A stretch of 64,000 bases of DNA, taken from Thermomonas sp. GTDB taxonomy: Bacteria > Pseudomonadota > Gammaproteobacteria > Xanthomonadales > Xanthomonadaceae. A program made the position numbers and the translations under genes. Under the pieces are notes generated by a model. It was not told the DNA's origin. It did no database searches and saw nothing but the letters and a program-made list of their open reading frames with translations. The stretch lies in assembly GCF_016720345.1 (NCBI RefSeq), contig NZ_JADKKV010000001.1; one strand, written 5' to 3'. Shown one piece after another: positions 1 through 9,244 of the stretch; position 1 is the stretch's first letter; every line of letters starts with the position of its first letter.

Positions 1-1276
1 TGACCGCCACCACGCCGCGCGCGGCCTCGTCCTCGCCACGCATGGCCACGAAGCGGATCCCGGCCTTGTCGGCGTACTGCATCTGCCGCGCCAGCTTGCG
101 CGGCTCCAGTTGGGTTTCCACGTTCAGGCCGGCGGCGCGCAGCTGCTGCGACATCACCAGCGCAGCCTCCAGCCCGGCATCGTCGAGCAGCGCAACCAGC
201 ACGTCGACCGAACTGTCCACGGTCCCGACCAGGCCCGCCTCGCGCAGCTGGTAGAACAGCCTGGTCAGGCCGATCGAGATGCCCACGCCGGGCAGCTTCG
301 ACTTGCTGTAATGGCTGGCGAGGTTGTCGTAGCGCCCGCCGGAACAGATCGAGCCGATCTGCGGGTAGGCGTCCAGCGTGGTCTCGTAGACCACGCCGGT
401 GTAGTAGTCGAGGCCGCGCGCGATCGAGAGGTTGATCGCGTAGCGCGCCTCGTCCACCCCGAGCGCGCGCAATTGCCGCAGGATCGCGCCCAGTTCGGCG
501 CGGCCTTCCTCGAACAGCGCGGTGCCGCTGCCAAGCGCATCGAGCTTGGCCAGCGCATCGTCATGCCCGTGCGAGCGCACCCGCGCGAACGCCATCAGCC
601 GGTCGATGGCCTCGCCTGCCAGCCCGAAGCCGTCCCCGGCCAGGGTTGCGCGCACCGCGTCTTCGCCGCGCTTGTCCAGCTTGTCGAGTTCGCGCAGGAC
701 CGCGAACTGGGCCTCGCCTTCGATGCCCAAGCCCTCGAAATAGCCACGCAGCAGCTTGCGGTGGTTGAGCTGGATGGTGAACTCGCCGATCGCCAGGCGC
801 TCGAACACCGCCGCGATCACTGCCGGGATCTCCGCATCGAATCGCGTCGACAGCACGTCCTTGCCGACCACGTCGATGTCGCACTGGTAGAACTCGCGGA
901 AGCGGCCACGCTGGGCGCGCTCGCCGCGGTACACGCGCTGCATCTGGTAGCGGCGGAACGGGAACGCCAGCTCGTGCTCGTGCTCGGCCACGTAACGCGC
1001 CAGCGGCACCGTCAGGTCGAAGCGCAAGGCCAACTCCGGCAGGCCCTCTCCCGACTTCTCCAGCGCACCCGTGGACTGGACGAAATAGACCTGCCGTTCG
1101 GTTTCGCCGCCGGACTTGGTCAGCAGGACCTCGGACAGCTCCATCACCGGGGTTTCCACCGGCAGGAAGCCGAAGCGCTCGAAGGTCTGGCGGATGGTGT
1201 CCAGCATGCGCTGGAACGCGACCTGGTCGCGGGGCAGCAGCTCCATGACGCCGGGCGGGGTGCGTGGCTTGATCAA
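1..1276 (-). CDS. hisS: histidine--tRNA ligase (C-terminus runs off the left edge)
   Basis: The minus-strand frame is open from the window edge to a TTG start at 1276. My translation reads [44 protein letters not shown]...[54 protein letters not shown]...[11 protein letters not shown], which are class II HisS motifs. It is absent from the ORF track because no stop lies inside the window. Confidence 0.9.
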   Translation of the reverse strand, partial: MIKPRTPPGVMELLPRDQVAFQRMLDTIRQTFERFGFLPVETPVMELSEVLLTKSGGETERQVYFVQSTGALEKSGEGLPELALRFDLTVPLARYVAEHEHELAFPFRRYQMQRVYRGERAQRGRFREFYQCDIDVVGKDVLSTRFDAEIPAVIAAVFERLAIGEFTIQLNHRKLLRGYFEGLGIEGEAQFAVLRELDKLDKRGEDAVRATLAGDGFGLAGEAIDRLMAFARVRSHGHDDALAKLDALGSGTALFEEGRAELGAILRQLRALGVDEARYAINLSIARGLDYYTGVVYETTLDAYPQIGSICSGGRYDNLASHYSKSKLPGVGISIGLTRLFYQLREAGLVGTVDSSVDVLVALLDDAGLEAALVMSQQLRAAGLNVETQLEPRKLARQMQYADKAGIRFVAMRGEDEAARGVVAV

Positions 1277-1409
1277 GGTGGTCGATTCCGGCGCGGGAAA
1301 GCCCGCAAGTGTAGCGTTTCGGCCATTCCAGGGCCCATCCGGGGACCTCATGCAGCGCAGGGTCTTGCCTCGGGCAGGGTCGATTGCCTACAATGCGCGG
1401 CTACACCGT

Positions 1410-1486
<77 letters not shown>

Positions 1487-1507
1487 ATCGATGCATTGTG
1501 TGACGAG

Positions 1508-1532
1508 AAAACCGCCCGCGTGGCGGTTTTTT
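1508..1532 (+). terminator. Rho-independent terminator after tRNA-Pro
   Basis: ACCGCC(1511-1516) / loop CGCGT / GGCGGT(1522-1527), followed by a T6 run to 1532. Confidence 0.75.
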
Positions 1533-1613
1533 CATGCCTGCGGGATGCCGGGCCTGTCCACATCCGGAGCCATCCTGCGTTTGTAACGGTACGTCCCTTG
1601 CGCCAGGTGCCGC

Positions 1614-3263
1614 GTGGCGGAACCGCAGCAACCCACGGCGGGCGATCCGCCGCCGCACCCCTACCACCCGCCGCTGCTGCGGCGGCTGGCGCTGCAGGCG
1701 ATCCTGCCGATGGCGCTGGTGGCGCTCCTGCTGTTCGTGCTGCTTGGCTGGGAGGCATCGCGGCTGCTGCCGGCCGGCAGCCCCGCCCTCTCCGCCACCC
1801 TGCTGCGGCACGGGCTGCTGTTGCTGGCCGGCCTGCTGGTGGTCGCGGCAAGCGGCTGGCTGGTGGCGGTGCGCACGCTGCGACCGATCACCGAACTGAC
1901 CGAGGCGATCGAACGCATCGGCCGTGGCGAACAGGTGCGCCTGCAGATCGACCGCGGCGAGATCCTCGGCCGCCTGCAGCGCGGCGTCAACGAAGCCTCG
2001 CAGGCGCTGGCGCGTTCGCGCAACCGGATGGAAAGCGAACTCGGGCGAACCGCGGTGGAGCTGGCCGACAAGAACGCCCGGCTTGAGGCCGCCAGCCAGT
2101 CGCGGGCGCGCTTCCTGGCCGCCGCCAGCCACGACCTGCGGCAACCGCTGTACGCGCTGACGCTGTTCTCCTCAGCGTTGCGCGCCGGCGAAACCGACCC
2201 GGCCAAGCTCACCCGGGTACTGCACATCGAGGAATGCGTGGCCTCGCTGGACCACCTGTTCTCGGAACTGCTGGACCTGTCGCGGCTGGAGACCGGCGCC
2301 GTGCAGGCGGCGATCGCCGACGTGCGCCTGGACGAGGTGTTCGACGAGGTCAGCCGCAACTTCCGCATGCTCGCCGAATCGCGCGGGCTGCGCCTGATCG
2401 TGCGCAAGACCGATGCGTGGGTACGCGCCGACCGCACCATGCTGACCCGCATCCTCAACAACCTGGTCAGCAACGCGCTGCGCTACACCGACCACGGCGG
2501 CGTGCTGGTCGGGGTCCGCCACCAGCGCTCCGGGCAGGTGCGCATCGACGTCTGGGACACCGGCCACGGGATCGCCGCGGAGCACCAGCCACGCGTGTTC
2601 GAGGAGTTCTACCAGGTCTCGCACGAGCACGCGCATCCGGGCGAACGCCAGCGCGGGCTAGGGCTTGGCCTTGCCACCGTGCGCAAGCTCGCGGAACTGC
2701 TGGGCTGCCGCATCTCGCTGGCGTCGATCCCCGCGCGCGGCACCCTCGTCTCGCTGGTGATGGCGGCCGGCACCCCGGCGGCGCATTCGCACGTGCCGGA
2801 TTTCGGCGACGCGCCGCTGGACGTGAGCGGCCTGCGGGTGCTGGTGGTGGACGACGAGGTCAGCATCCTCGAAGGCCTGCGCGCCCTGCTCGCCGAATGG
2901 GGCTGCGACATCCGCGCGGTCGAGGACGAAGCCGCAGCGCTGGAGGCGCTGGCTGGCTGGGCGCAGCCACCGGACCTGGTGATCAGCGACCTGCGCCTGC
3001 GCGAGGGCCGCAGCGGGGTGGAAGTGCTGCGGGCGATCGCACGCCACTACCGGCAGGACCCGCAGCAGCCAGGATTCGCGCGCCTGCTGGTCACCGGCGA
3101 GACCCGCAGCGACCGCATCGCCGAGATCGCCGCCAGCCGCATCCCGGTGCTGTTCAAGCCGGTATCGCCGCAACGGTTGCGCGAGGCGATGCTGGCCGCG
3201 GTATTCGCCGTGCAGGCGACCCGTGACGACAGCGGGCCACCAGGAAGACAGATCGATGAATGA
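1614..3263 (+). CDS. hybrid sensor histidine kinase / response regulator
   Basis: 549-aa ORF with N-terminal TM segments, a HAMP-like linker and the HisKA H-box FLAAASHDLRQPL. The HATPase region carries NLVSNALRYT...DTGHGI...GLGLGLATV. The C-terminal receiver reads LRVLVVDDE...DLVISDLRL...K. The GTG start at 1614 is uncertain. Confidence 0.85.
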   Translation: MAEPQQPTAGDPPPHPYHPPLLRRLALQAILPMALVALLLFVLLGWEASRLLPAGSPALSATLLRHGLLLLAGLLVVAASGWLVAVRTLRPITELTEAIERIGRGEQVRLQIDRGEILGRLQRGVNEASQALARSRNRMESELGRTAVELADKNARLEAASQSRARFLAAASHDLRQPLYALTLFSSALRAGETDPAKLTRVLHIEECVASLDHLFSELLDLSRLETGAVQAAIADVRLDEVFDEVSRNFRMLAESRGLRLIVRKTDAWVRADRTMLTRILNNLVSNALRYTDHGGVLVGVRHQRSGQVRIDVWDTGHGIAAEHQPRVFEEFYQVSHEHAHPGERQRGLGLGLATVRKLAELLGCRISLASIPARGTLVSLVMAAGTPAAHSHVPDFGDAPLDVSGLRVLVVDDEVSILEGLRALLAEWGCDIRAVEDEAAALEALAGWAQPPDLVISDLRLREGRSGVEVLRAIARHYRQDPQQPGFARLLVTGETRSDRIAEIAASRIPVLFKPVSPQRLREAMLAAVFAVQATRDDSGPPGRQIDE

Positions 3264-4833
3264 GCCGTTCGCGTACGACCAGGTCGAGTATCCGTCGCTG
3301 ATCCATCCGCAGATGCACCCCTCGCGGCTGGCCGCGATCGCACGCCTGCACGGCATCCGCGCGGCGGCGCCCGGCAGCTGCCGGCTGCTGGAAGTGGGCT
3401 GCGGCGATGGCCTGCAACTGATCACCCTGGCCATGGCGTATCCCGAAAGCCGCTTCGTCGGCGTCGACCTGTCGGCGAAGGCGATCGCCCGCGGCGAGCG
3501 GATGCGCGAATCGCTGGGACTTGCGAACCTGCAACTGGTCGCCGCCGACCTGATGGAGTGGCAGCCTGGGCCACACCCCTTCGATTACGTGGTCGCCCAC
3601 GGCTTCTACTCGTGGGTACCCGAACCGGTGCGCCAGCGCCTGCTGCGGCTGTGCGACATGCACCTGGGCCCGCGCGGCATCGCCTATGTCAGCTACAACG
3701 CATTGCCCGGCAGCCACCTGAGGCGAATGCTGTGGGAGATCCTGCAATTCCACGCCGGCACCGACCGCGACCCCGCCACCAGCGTGCCGCGCGCGCGCGA
3801 ATGCCTCGACCTGCTGCTGCTCGGGATGCCGGACAACACGCGCTACCGGACGACCCTCGCCGGAGAGATCGCGGACCTCAAGGCCCGCCTGAACCCGCAG
3901 GTGCTGTTCCACGACGACCTCGCCCCGATCAACGACCCGTGCACGCTCGACCAGTTCATGCGCGCAGCCGGCAGCCACGGACTTGCCTTCGTGGCCGAGG
4001 CGTCCTACCACGAGATGTCCCTGTACAACGCGCACCCGGATGCACGGGCCATGCTGGAAGAGGTGGCGCAAGACGACCTCGTGACCAAGGAGCAATACCT
4101 GGACTTCTTCACCGGCCGCCGCTTCAGGCAGACCATCCTGTGCCGATCCGCCGCCAATCCGTGCCCGCGCGCCGATCCCGCGGCGATCCCGGAGCTGGAT
4201 CTGGTGACCGAGCTGGCGCCCGCGGCCGGGCAACCGGGCACCGATGGCGGCATGCACTTCACCCGACGCTCCAGCGGTGGACTGGACACCAACGACACGG
4301 TCGTCCAGGCGATGTTGATCGAGTGCGGCAGCCGGCATCCGCAGGCCCTGCCGGTGGCGTCCCTGCTCGAAGCGGCGCGCGACAGCGTCGCCAGCGAACG
4401 CACCGTTGCCGAGGATACCCAGCGCGCAGCCACGTTCCTGCTGCGTGCCTTCCAGGCCGGATTGGTGGAATTGCACGTCGACGCGCCACGCTTCGCCCGG
4501 CATGCATCCGAACGCCCGGCGGCCAGCCGCCTGGCCAGGCACCAGGTCGAGGCAGGCGAGACCCAGGTGATCAGCCTGCGCCCCTCGATCGTGCAACTCG
4601 AGGATCCGGTGACCTGCGGATTGCTGCTCGCGCTGGACGGAACCCGCGATCGCGACGCGATCCTCTCCTTCCTGCATGGCCATCTGGCGCGCACGGGCAC
4701 CAGCGCCCCCACGGGCGACGGAGCGTCGCTTGCGGAGGCCCTCGAGGCGGGAATCGATGATGCGCTGGAGCGCGTCTGCGCGCTTGCGCTGGTGTGCGAA
4801 GCGCCGGGTGACACCGCAGGTCCGGCCGGCTAG
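3256..4833 (+). CDS. class I SAM-dependent methyltransferase with C-terminal methyltransferase-regulatory-type domain
   Basis: ATG at 3256 (MNEPFAYDQVEYPS) is preceded by AGGAAG 8 nt upstream and overlaps the kinase stop (3261-3263). The SAM motif is LLEVGCGDGLQL. The track ORF begins at an upstream GTG (3223), which I consider less likely. Confidence 0.75.
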   Translation: MNEPFAYDQVEYPSLIHPQMHPSRLAAIARLHGIRAAAPGSCRLLEVGCGDGLQLITLAMAYPESRFVGVDLSAKAIARGERMRESLGLANLQLVAADLMEWQPGPHPFDYVVAHGFYSWVPEPVRQRLLRLCDMHLGPRGIAYVSYNALPGSHLRRMLWEILQFHAGTDRDPATSVPRARECLDLLLLGMPDNTRYRTTLAGEIADLKARLNPQVLFHDDLAPINDPCTLDQFMRAAGSHGLAFVAEASYHEMSLYNAHPDARAMLEEVAQDDLVTKEQYLDFFTGRRFRQTILCRSAANPCPRADPAAIPELDLVTELAPAAGQPGTDGGMHFTRRSSGGLDTNDTVVQAMLIECGSRHPQALPVASLLEAARDSVASERTVAEDTQRAATFLLRAFQAGLVELHVDAPRFARHASERPAASRLARHQVEAGETQVISLRPSIVQLEDPVTCGLLLALDGTRDRDAILSFLHGHLARTGTSAPTGDGASLAEALEAGIDDALERVCALALVCEAPGDTAGPAG

Positions 4834-5270
4834 CGCACCAGGTAGGTCTGGGTGTTGAGCTGGAGGACGGCGTCGAACTGCACCTTCTCGTTGTCGTCGC
4901 CGAGGTCGAGCATCGCGTCGATCCGGAAGCGGAGTGCGCGATCCAGCTCGCGCTGCGGCTCCAGCGCGATCCTGACCCGGCTCAGGCGCCCCTCATGCAG
5001 GCTGATCGCCTGTTCCAGCGAGCGCCGGATGCGGTCGCGGTCGGTCGGGCTGAGCAAGCTGTACGCGGAGAAGTCGAGGATGCCGTAGGTCAGCGACGAC
5101 GCGCGGCACTCCTTGAAGGAGTCCGGGATCAGCCGCGCCGCTTCGGACCTGGTGTTGAGCAGGTTTTCGAGGTCGCGCGAGACTTCCGCGCGCATTTCGC
5201 TGATCGAAAGCGAACGCCCCGAGTCTTCACCCAGGGCGTCCGCCACCAGCCGGTAGATCAGGCCACGCAT
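4830..5270 (-). CDS. tssE: T6SS baseplate subunit TssE (gp25/GPW-like)
   Basis: 146 aa; SISEMRAEVSRDLENLLNTR...SLLTYGILDFS...LRFRIDAML matches the gp25-like TssE pattern. It is the last gene of the tssB-tssC-hcp-tssE string. Confidence 0.9.
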   Translation of the reverse strand: MRGLIYRLVADALGEDSGRSLSISEMRAEVSRDLENLLNTRSEAARLIPDSFKECRASSLTYGILDFSAYSLLSPTDRDRIRRSLEQAISLHEGRLSRVRIALEPQRELDRALRFRIDAMLDLGDDNEKVQFDAVLQLNTQTYLVR

Positions 5271-5316
5271 CGTTCAACCGGGTCGTGCGCCGCCGGCGTC
5301 CGGTGGCGCACGCGGG

Positions 5317-5805
5317 TCACTGCGCGGTATTCGCGGCGCGATCCACGGTGACCGCCATGTTGCCGGTCAGGCTGCCATCGTCGCCTTGCTGCTTGTACTC
5401 CCACTTGAACTTGGTGGGCGACAGGGTGAGGGTCTCGTAGAACACGCCGCCATCGCCACCACTGATCTGCACGCCGGTCACGTAGATCTTCTCCAGGTCG
5501 TAGACCTGGTAGTCGACCTGGCCGGCGGCGCCGCCCGCCTTGCGGACCGAGATCTTCGCGGACTTGATGTGGTCGCCACGCGCAGCGATCAGGGCGAGCT
5601 TCGGCGACGAGATGTCGACCTTCTTCTGGAAGGTGAAATCGCTGAAGGTCGCCTTGCCGACGCCGCCACCGCCGCCCTGGCCGATGCTGGTGCTGCTGTG
5701 GCATCCCCACGAGAAGCTGAGGATCTCGATTTCGTCCTTGTGGGACTTGTCGGTCGACTCGCCCTTGATTCCGTCGAGCTTCAAGAATGCATCTACGCCA
5801 GCCAT
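5317..5805 (-). CDS. hcp: T6SS inner tube protein Hcp (TssD)
   Basis: 162 aa; MAGVDAFLKLDGIKGESTDKSHKDEIEILSFSWG...FSDFTFQKKVDISSPKL is the classic Hcp1-family N-terminus. Confidence 0.95.
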   Translation of the reverse strand: MAGVDAFLKLDGIKGESTDKSHKDEIEILSFSWGCHSSTSIGQGGGGGVGKATFSDFTFQKKVDISSPKLALIAARGDHIKSAKISVRKAGGAAGQVDYQVYDLEKIYVTGVQISGGDGGVFYETLTLSPTKFKWEYKQQGDDGSLTGNMAVTVDRAANTAQ

Positions 5806-5845
5806 GGTGGATCCTCCTGGTTACTGAAAGAAAGAATGCGGGATG

Positions 5846-7330
5846 TCAGCGCGCCGACTTCGGCAACTCGGCGACCAAGCGCAGCGACACGCTCAACTCG
5901 TCCAGCTGGTAGTGCGGCCGCAGGAACGCGACGGACTTGTAGGCGCCGGGCTTGCCGGGGACTTCGGCCACCTCGATCCGCGCCTCGCGCAGCGGGTACT
6001 GCGCCTTGGCCTCCTGCGAGGCGTTGTCGTCGAGCAGCACGTACTGCGCGATCCAGTTGTTGAGGAACAGCTCGACGCTGGACTTCGACGCGAAGCTGCC
6101 GATCTTGTCGCGCATCATCGACTTCAGGTAATGCGCGATGCGGCTGACCGCGAAGATGTACTGCAGCTGCGAGGACAGGCGCGCGTTGGCGTTCGCCGCG
6201 TCGGTGTTGTATTCCTTGGCCTTCTGCGCCGACTGGGTGGAGAAGAACGCGGCGTAGTCGGTGCCCTTGCAATGCACCAGCGGGATCAGGCCGAGGTCGG
6301 CGAGTTCCTTCTCGCGGCGGTCGGTGATCGCGATCTCGGTCGGGCACTTCAGCGCCACCTCGCCATCGTCGGTGGCGAAGGTGTGGGTAGGAAGTCCCTC
6401 GACCAGGCCACCGCCCTCGACCCCGCGGATCGCCGCGCACCAGCCATACTTGGCGAAGGCATCGGTGACCTTGGTGCCCAGCGCGTAGGCGGCATTCATC
6501 CACAGGTACTTGTTGTGGTCGGTGCCGGTGGTGGCCTCGACGAAGTTGAACGCCTCGACCGGCGCGGTGTCCGGGCCGTACGGCAGGCGACCGAGCACGT
6601 GCGGCATGGCCAGCCCGACGTAGCGCGAATCCTCGGAGGCGCGGAAGCTCTTCCACTTCGCGTATTCCACGGTGTCGAAGATCTTGGCGAGGTCGCGGGG
6701 GCCGGAGAGTTCGGTGAAGTCGTCGAAGCCCAGCAGCTCCGGCGAGGCCGCGCTCAGGAACGGCGCGTGCGCCGCGGCGCAGACGTGCGAAATCTCCTCC
6801 ACCAGGTACATGTCCTCGGGGTGGCGGCCGAATTCGAAGTCACCGATCAGGGTTGCGAACGGGGCGCCGCCGAAGGTGCCGTATTCCTCTTCGTAGAGCT
6901 TCTTGAACAGCGCGCTCTGGTCGAAGTCGGACGCGCTCTTGAAGTCCTTGAGCAGTTCCTTCTTGGTCGTGTTGAGCACCTTGATCTTGAGGTTTGTGCT
7001 GGTTTCGGAGTTGTCGACCAGGTACTTCAGCCCGCGCCAGCTGCCCTCCAGCTGCTGGAATTCCGGCGCATGCATCACCGCCGACAGCTGCTCGGACAGC
7101 ACCCGGTCGATCTCGGCGATGCGCGCATCGATCGCGGTGATCGCATCGTTCGACACGGTGAGCGCGCCGTCGCTGACCTGCGCCACCAGCTCCGCGATCA
7201 GGTCGCGGGCGCGGGTGCGCTCGGTGTCGGAACGGGCGATCTTGCTCTGGGTGAGGATCTGGTCAAGCAGCCCGCCTTCGACGGCTTCGGCAGCGGCGGC
7301 GCCCGCCGCCTGGGTTTCGGTATTGGCCAT
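5846..7330 (-). CDS. tssC: T6SS contractile sheath large subunit TssC (VipB)
   Basis: The likely start is ATG 7330 (MANTETQAAG...); the track ORF extends 28 aa further upstream. Conserved TssC blocks include WRGLKYLV, FGGAPFATLIGDFEF, LGRLPYG and PLREARIEV. Confidence 0.93.
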   Translation of the reverse strand: MANTETQAAGAAAAEAVEGGLLDQILTQSKIARSDTERTRARDLIAELVAQVSDGALTVSNDAITAIDARIAEIDRVLSEQLSAVMHAPEFQQLEGSWRGLKYLVDNSETSTNLKIKVLNTTKKELLKDFKSASDFDQSALFKKLYEEEYGTFGGAPFATLIGDFEFGRHPEDMYLVEEISHVCAAAHAPFLSAASPELLGFDDFTELSGPRDLAKIFDTVEYAKWKSFRASEDSRYVGLAMPHVLGRLPYGPDTAPVEAFNFVEATTGTDHNKYLWMNAAYALGTKVTDAFAKYGWCAAIRGVEGGGLVEGLPTHTFATDDGEVALKCPTEIAITDRREKELADLGLIPLVHCKGTDYAAFFSTQSAQKAKEYNTDAANANARLSSQLQYIFAVSRIAHYLKSMMRDKIGSFASKSSVELFLNNWIAQYVLLDDNASQEAKAQYPLREARIEVAEVPGKPGAYKSVAFLRPHYQLDELSVSLRLVAELPKSAR

Positions 7331-7391
7331 GGTGTGTGTGCTCGCTTGGTTCAGTGCGTCGGGAGACGGGCGATCGGGCGGCGGCTGCCGC

Positions 7392-7904
7392 TCATTCCTC
7401 GGACTTCGGGCCAACTTCGCGGGAGAGCTGGGCGATCTTGTCGGTGTTCTGCAGGACTTCGTTCAGCAGGTCCTCGAACTTGTCGTTGCCGGCGGCCTTG
7501 TTGCGCAGGTCGGCCAGCTTCTGCCGCGCCTCCAGCAGCTTGCGCAACGGGTCGATCTGGTTGACCACGCGCTCCGGCGAGAAATCCTCCAGGCTGCGGA
7601 AGGTCAGTTCGACCCCGAGCTTGGAATCGTCGCCGGCCAGCTTGTTCTCGACCTGCATCTGCACCCGCGGCTTCATGCCCTTGAGCACGTCGTCGTAGTT
7701 GTCCTTGTCGACGTTGACGAACTTGCGGTCCTTGAGCTTGCCCAGCGGTTCCGCGGGCTGGCCGCTGAAGTTGCCGACCACGCCGGCGACGAACGGCAGC
7801 TCCTTCTTCTCGATGGCATCGCCGACCTCGACGTCGTAGGTCAGCTGCACGCGCGGGGCGCGTACGCGGTCGAGCTTGTGCTGGGTGCTTTCCTTCTTGG
7901 CCAT
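7392..7904 (-). CDS. tssB: T6SS contractile sheath small subunit TssB (VipA)
   Basis: 170 aa; RVQLTYDVEVGDAIEKKELPFVAGVVGNFSG...FRSLEDFSPERVV is the typical TssB signature. Confidence 0.95.
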   Translation of the reverse strand: MAKKESTQHKLDRVRAPRVQLTYDVEVGDAIEKKELPFVAGVVGNFSGQPAEPLGKLKDRKFVNVDKDNYDDVLKGMKPRVQMQVENKLAGDDSKLGVELTFRSLEDFSPERVVNQIDPLRKLLEARQKLADLRNKAAGNDKFEDLLNEVLQNTDKIAQLSREVGPKSEE

Positions 7905-8110
7905 GACGATCCCCGTGCGCGAGTTGTTGGGCGGTACCGCGTGGCGGTGCCTGTGGAGTTGGACGGAGCGTCGCGCCGGGCGCGGACTCCGCTTGATGGT
8001 GGAACGAGTCTAGGAACGCAGCCGTGGGCGCAACATCCGTCGGACGGCCAGACTTGGGCATATGCCGTTCGACGTGGCCGCCGACCCTTGGCGATTGCGT
8101 GCGCCGGGCA

Positions 8111-9196
8111 TCAGTAGGACGGCGGCAGGCCGACCCGCTCGCGGATCGAGGACAGGGTGCCCTCGTCGCGGATGATCTCCGCCAGGAACTGCTCCAGCGG
8201 CATGTTGGCCCAGTACACGGCGCGGTCCAGCAGGTACGCGACCGGGCTGTGCGGCTCGGTGCGGCGGAAGAAGCCGGCGATCTCGCCCAACGCGCGCAGC
8301 GCGGCATCCTTGGACGCCAGGCTGCCCGCGTCCAGCGCAAGCGGGACGCCCCCGCCCACCGCGCCCGCGGCCACCGCAGGCTGGCTGCCGCCGGCGTCGG
8401 CGGCCGCGTCTTCGGCCGGCGCCGCGATCCCGCCGATGCCCTTGGCCGCGGCCACCTTCACGTAGACCTGCTGGATCTTCTTCAGTGCATCGTCGATCGC
8501 GGCCAGGCTGGGCGCCTCACGTCCGAGGCGTTCGTCGGACCGGGTCGACAGCCGCGCGAAGGCCTCGCGCGCCGCCTGCGCGAGCTCGATCCGCTCGCGG
8601 ATCACCGGTTCCGCGGTGGCCAGCATGCGGCTGTCGTAGGCTTCCCCGGTGATCCGGCCCTCGTCCAGCGCCGCCTGGTACGCGTCGGCGTTCTGCCGGC
8701 CGAGGTTGTCGACCTCGCGCGAGTCCTGCCAGCCGAGCAGGTTCAACGGGGCCTGCGGGTCATCGTTCAGCTGCATCGCCAGCAGGGCGCGGCCGCCGTA
8801 GGTGGCGAACCACGCCAGCTTGCTCGCGCGTTCCTCCAGGTCGCCATCGTCGGCGCGCGGGTACATGCCGTCCCAATACTGGTCGAGCAGCCCGTTCAGC
8901 AGCTCGAAGCCATCGCGCGCACCGGCCAGCCCGTCCCGCGCGATGGTCGCCTCGGCCAGCCATACCGCCGCCTGCAGGTCCTTGCTGGTGCGCAACAGGA
9001 TGTCCTCGGCCAGGCTTTGCGCCTCGCGCCAGTCGGCGACCTTCAGCTCGGTCTGCCACTCGCCCTGGGCGAGGCCGGCATCGTCCGCGCGGCGCGCCTC
9101 GCGGATGCGGTCGAACTGGTCGGAGAAGCTGGCATCGCTGCCGGCCGGGTCGCCGCCGGGGATCGGGGCGAGGAGTTCGTTGACGTCGATGGCCAT
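8111..9196 (-). CDS. tssA: T6SS protein TssA (ImpA N-terminal domain)
   Basis: 361 aa; the N-terminus LLAPIPGGDPAGSDASFSDQFDRIREARR...W...AQSLAEDILLRTSKDLQAAVWL matches the ImpA_N pattern. It lies between tssM and tssB. Confidence 0.85.
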   Translation of the reverse strand: MAIDVNELLAPIPGGDPAGSDASFSDQFDRIREARRADDAGLAQGEWQTELKVADWREAQSLAEDILLRTSKDLQAAVWLAEATIARDGLAGARDGFELLNGLLDQYWDGMYPRADDGDLEERASKLAWFATYGGRALLAMQLNDDPQAPLNLLGWQDSREVDNLGRQNADAYQAALDEGRITGEAYDSRMLATAEPVIRERIELAQAAREAFARLSTRSDERLGREAPSLAAIDDALKKIQQVYVKVAAAKGIGGIAAPAEDAAADAGGSQPAVAAGAVGGGVPLALDAGSLASKDAALRALGEIAGFFRRTEPHSPVAYLLDRAVYWANMPLEQFLAEIIRDEGTLSSIRERVGLPPSY

Positions 9197-9244
9197 GGCG
9201 CGGCTCCGCTGGATTCGTAGGCTGTGGTTAACGGTGGAAGATCG

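Noticed and set aside
7905-8110. Sigma-54 (GG-N10-GC) or other defined promoter upstream of tssB, and likewise upstream of tssF (19799-19903)
   Set aside because: I looked for TGGCAC-N5-TTGC-like elements on the coding strand and found nothing convincing, so no promoter is called.
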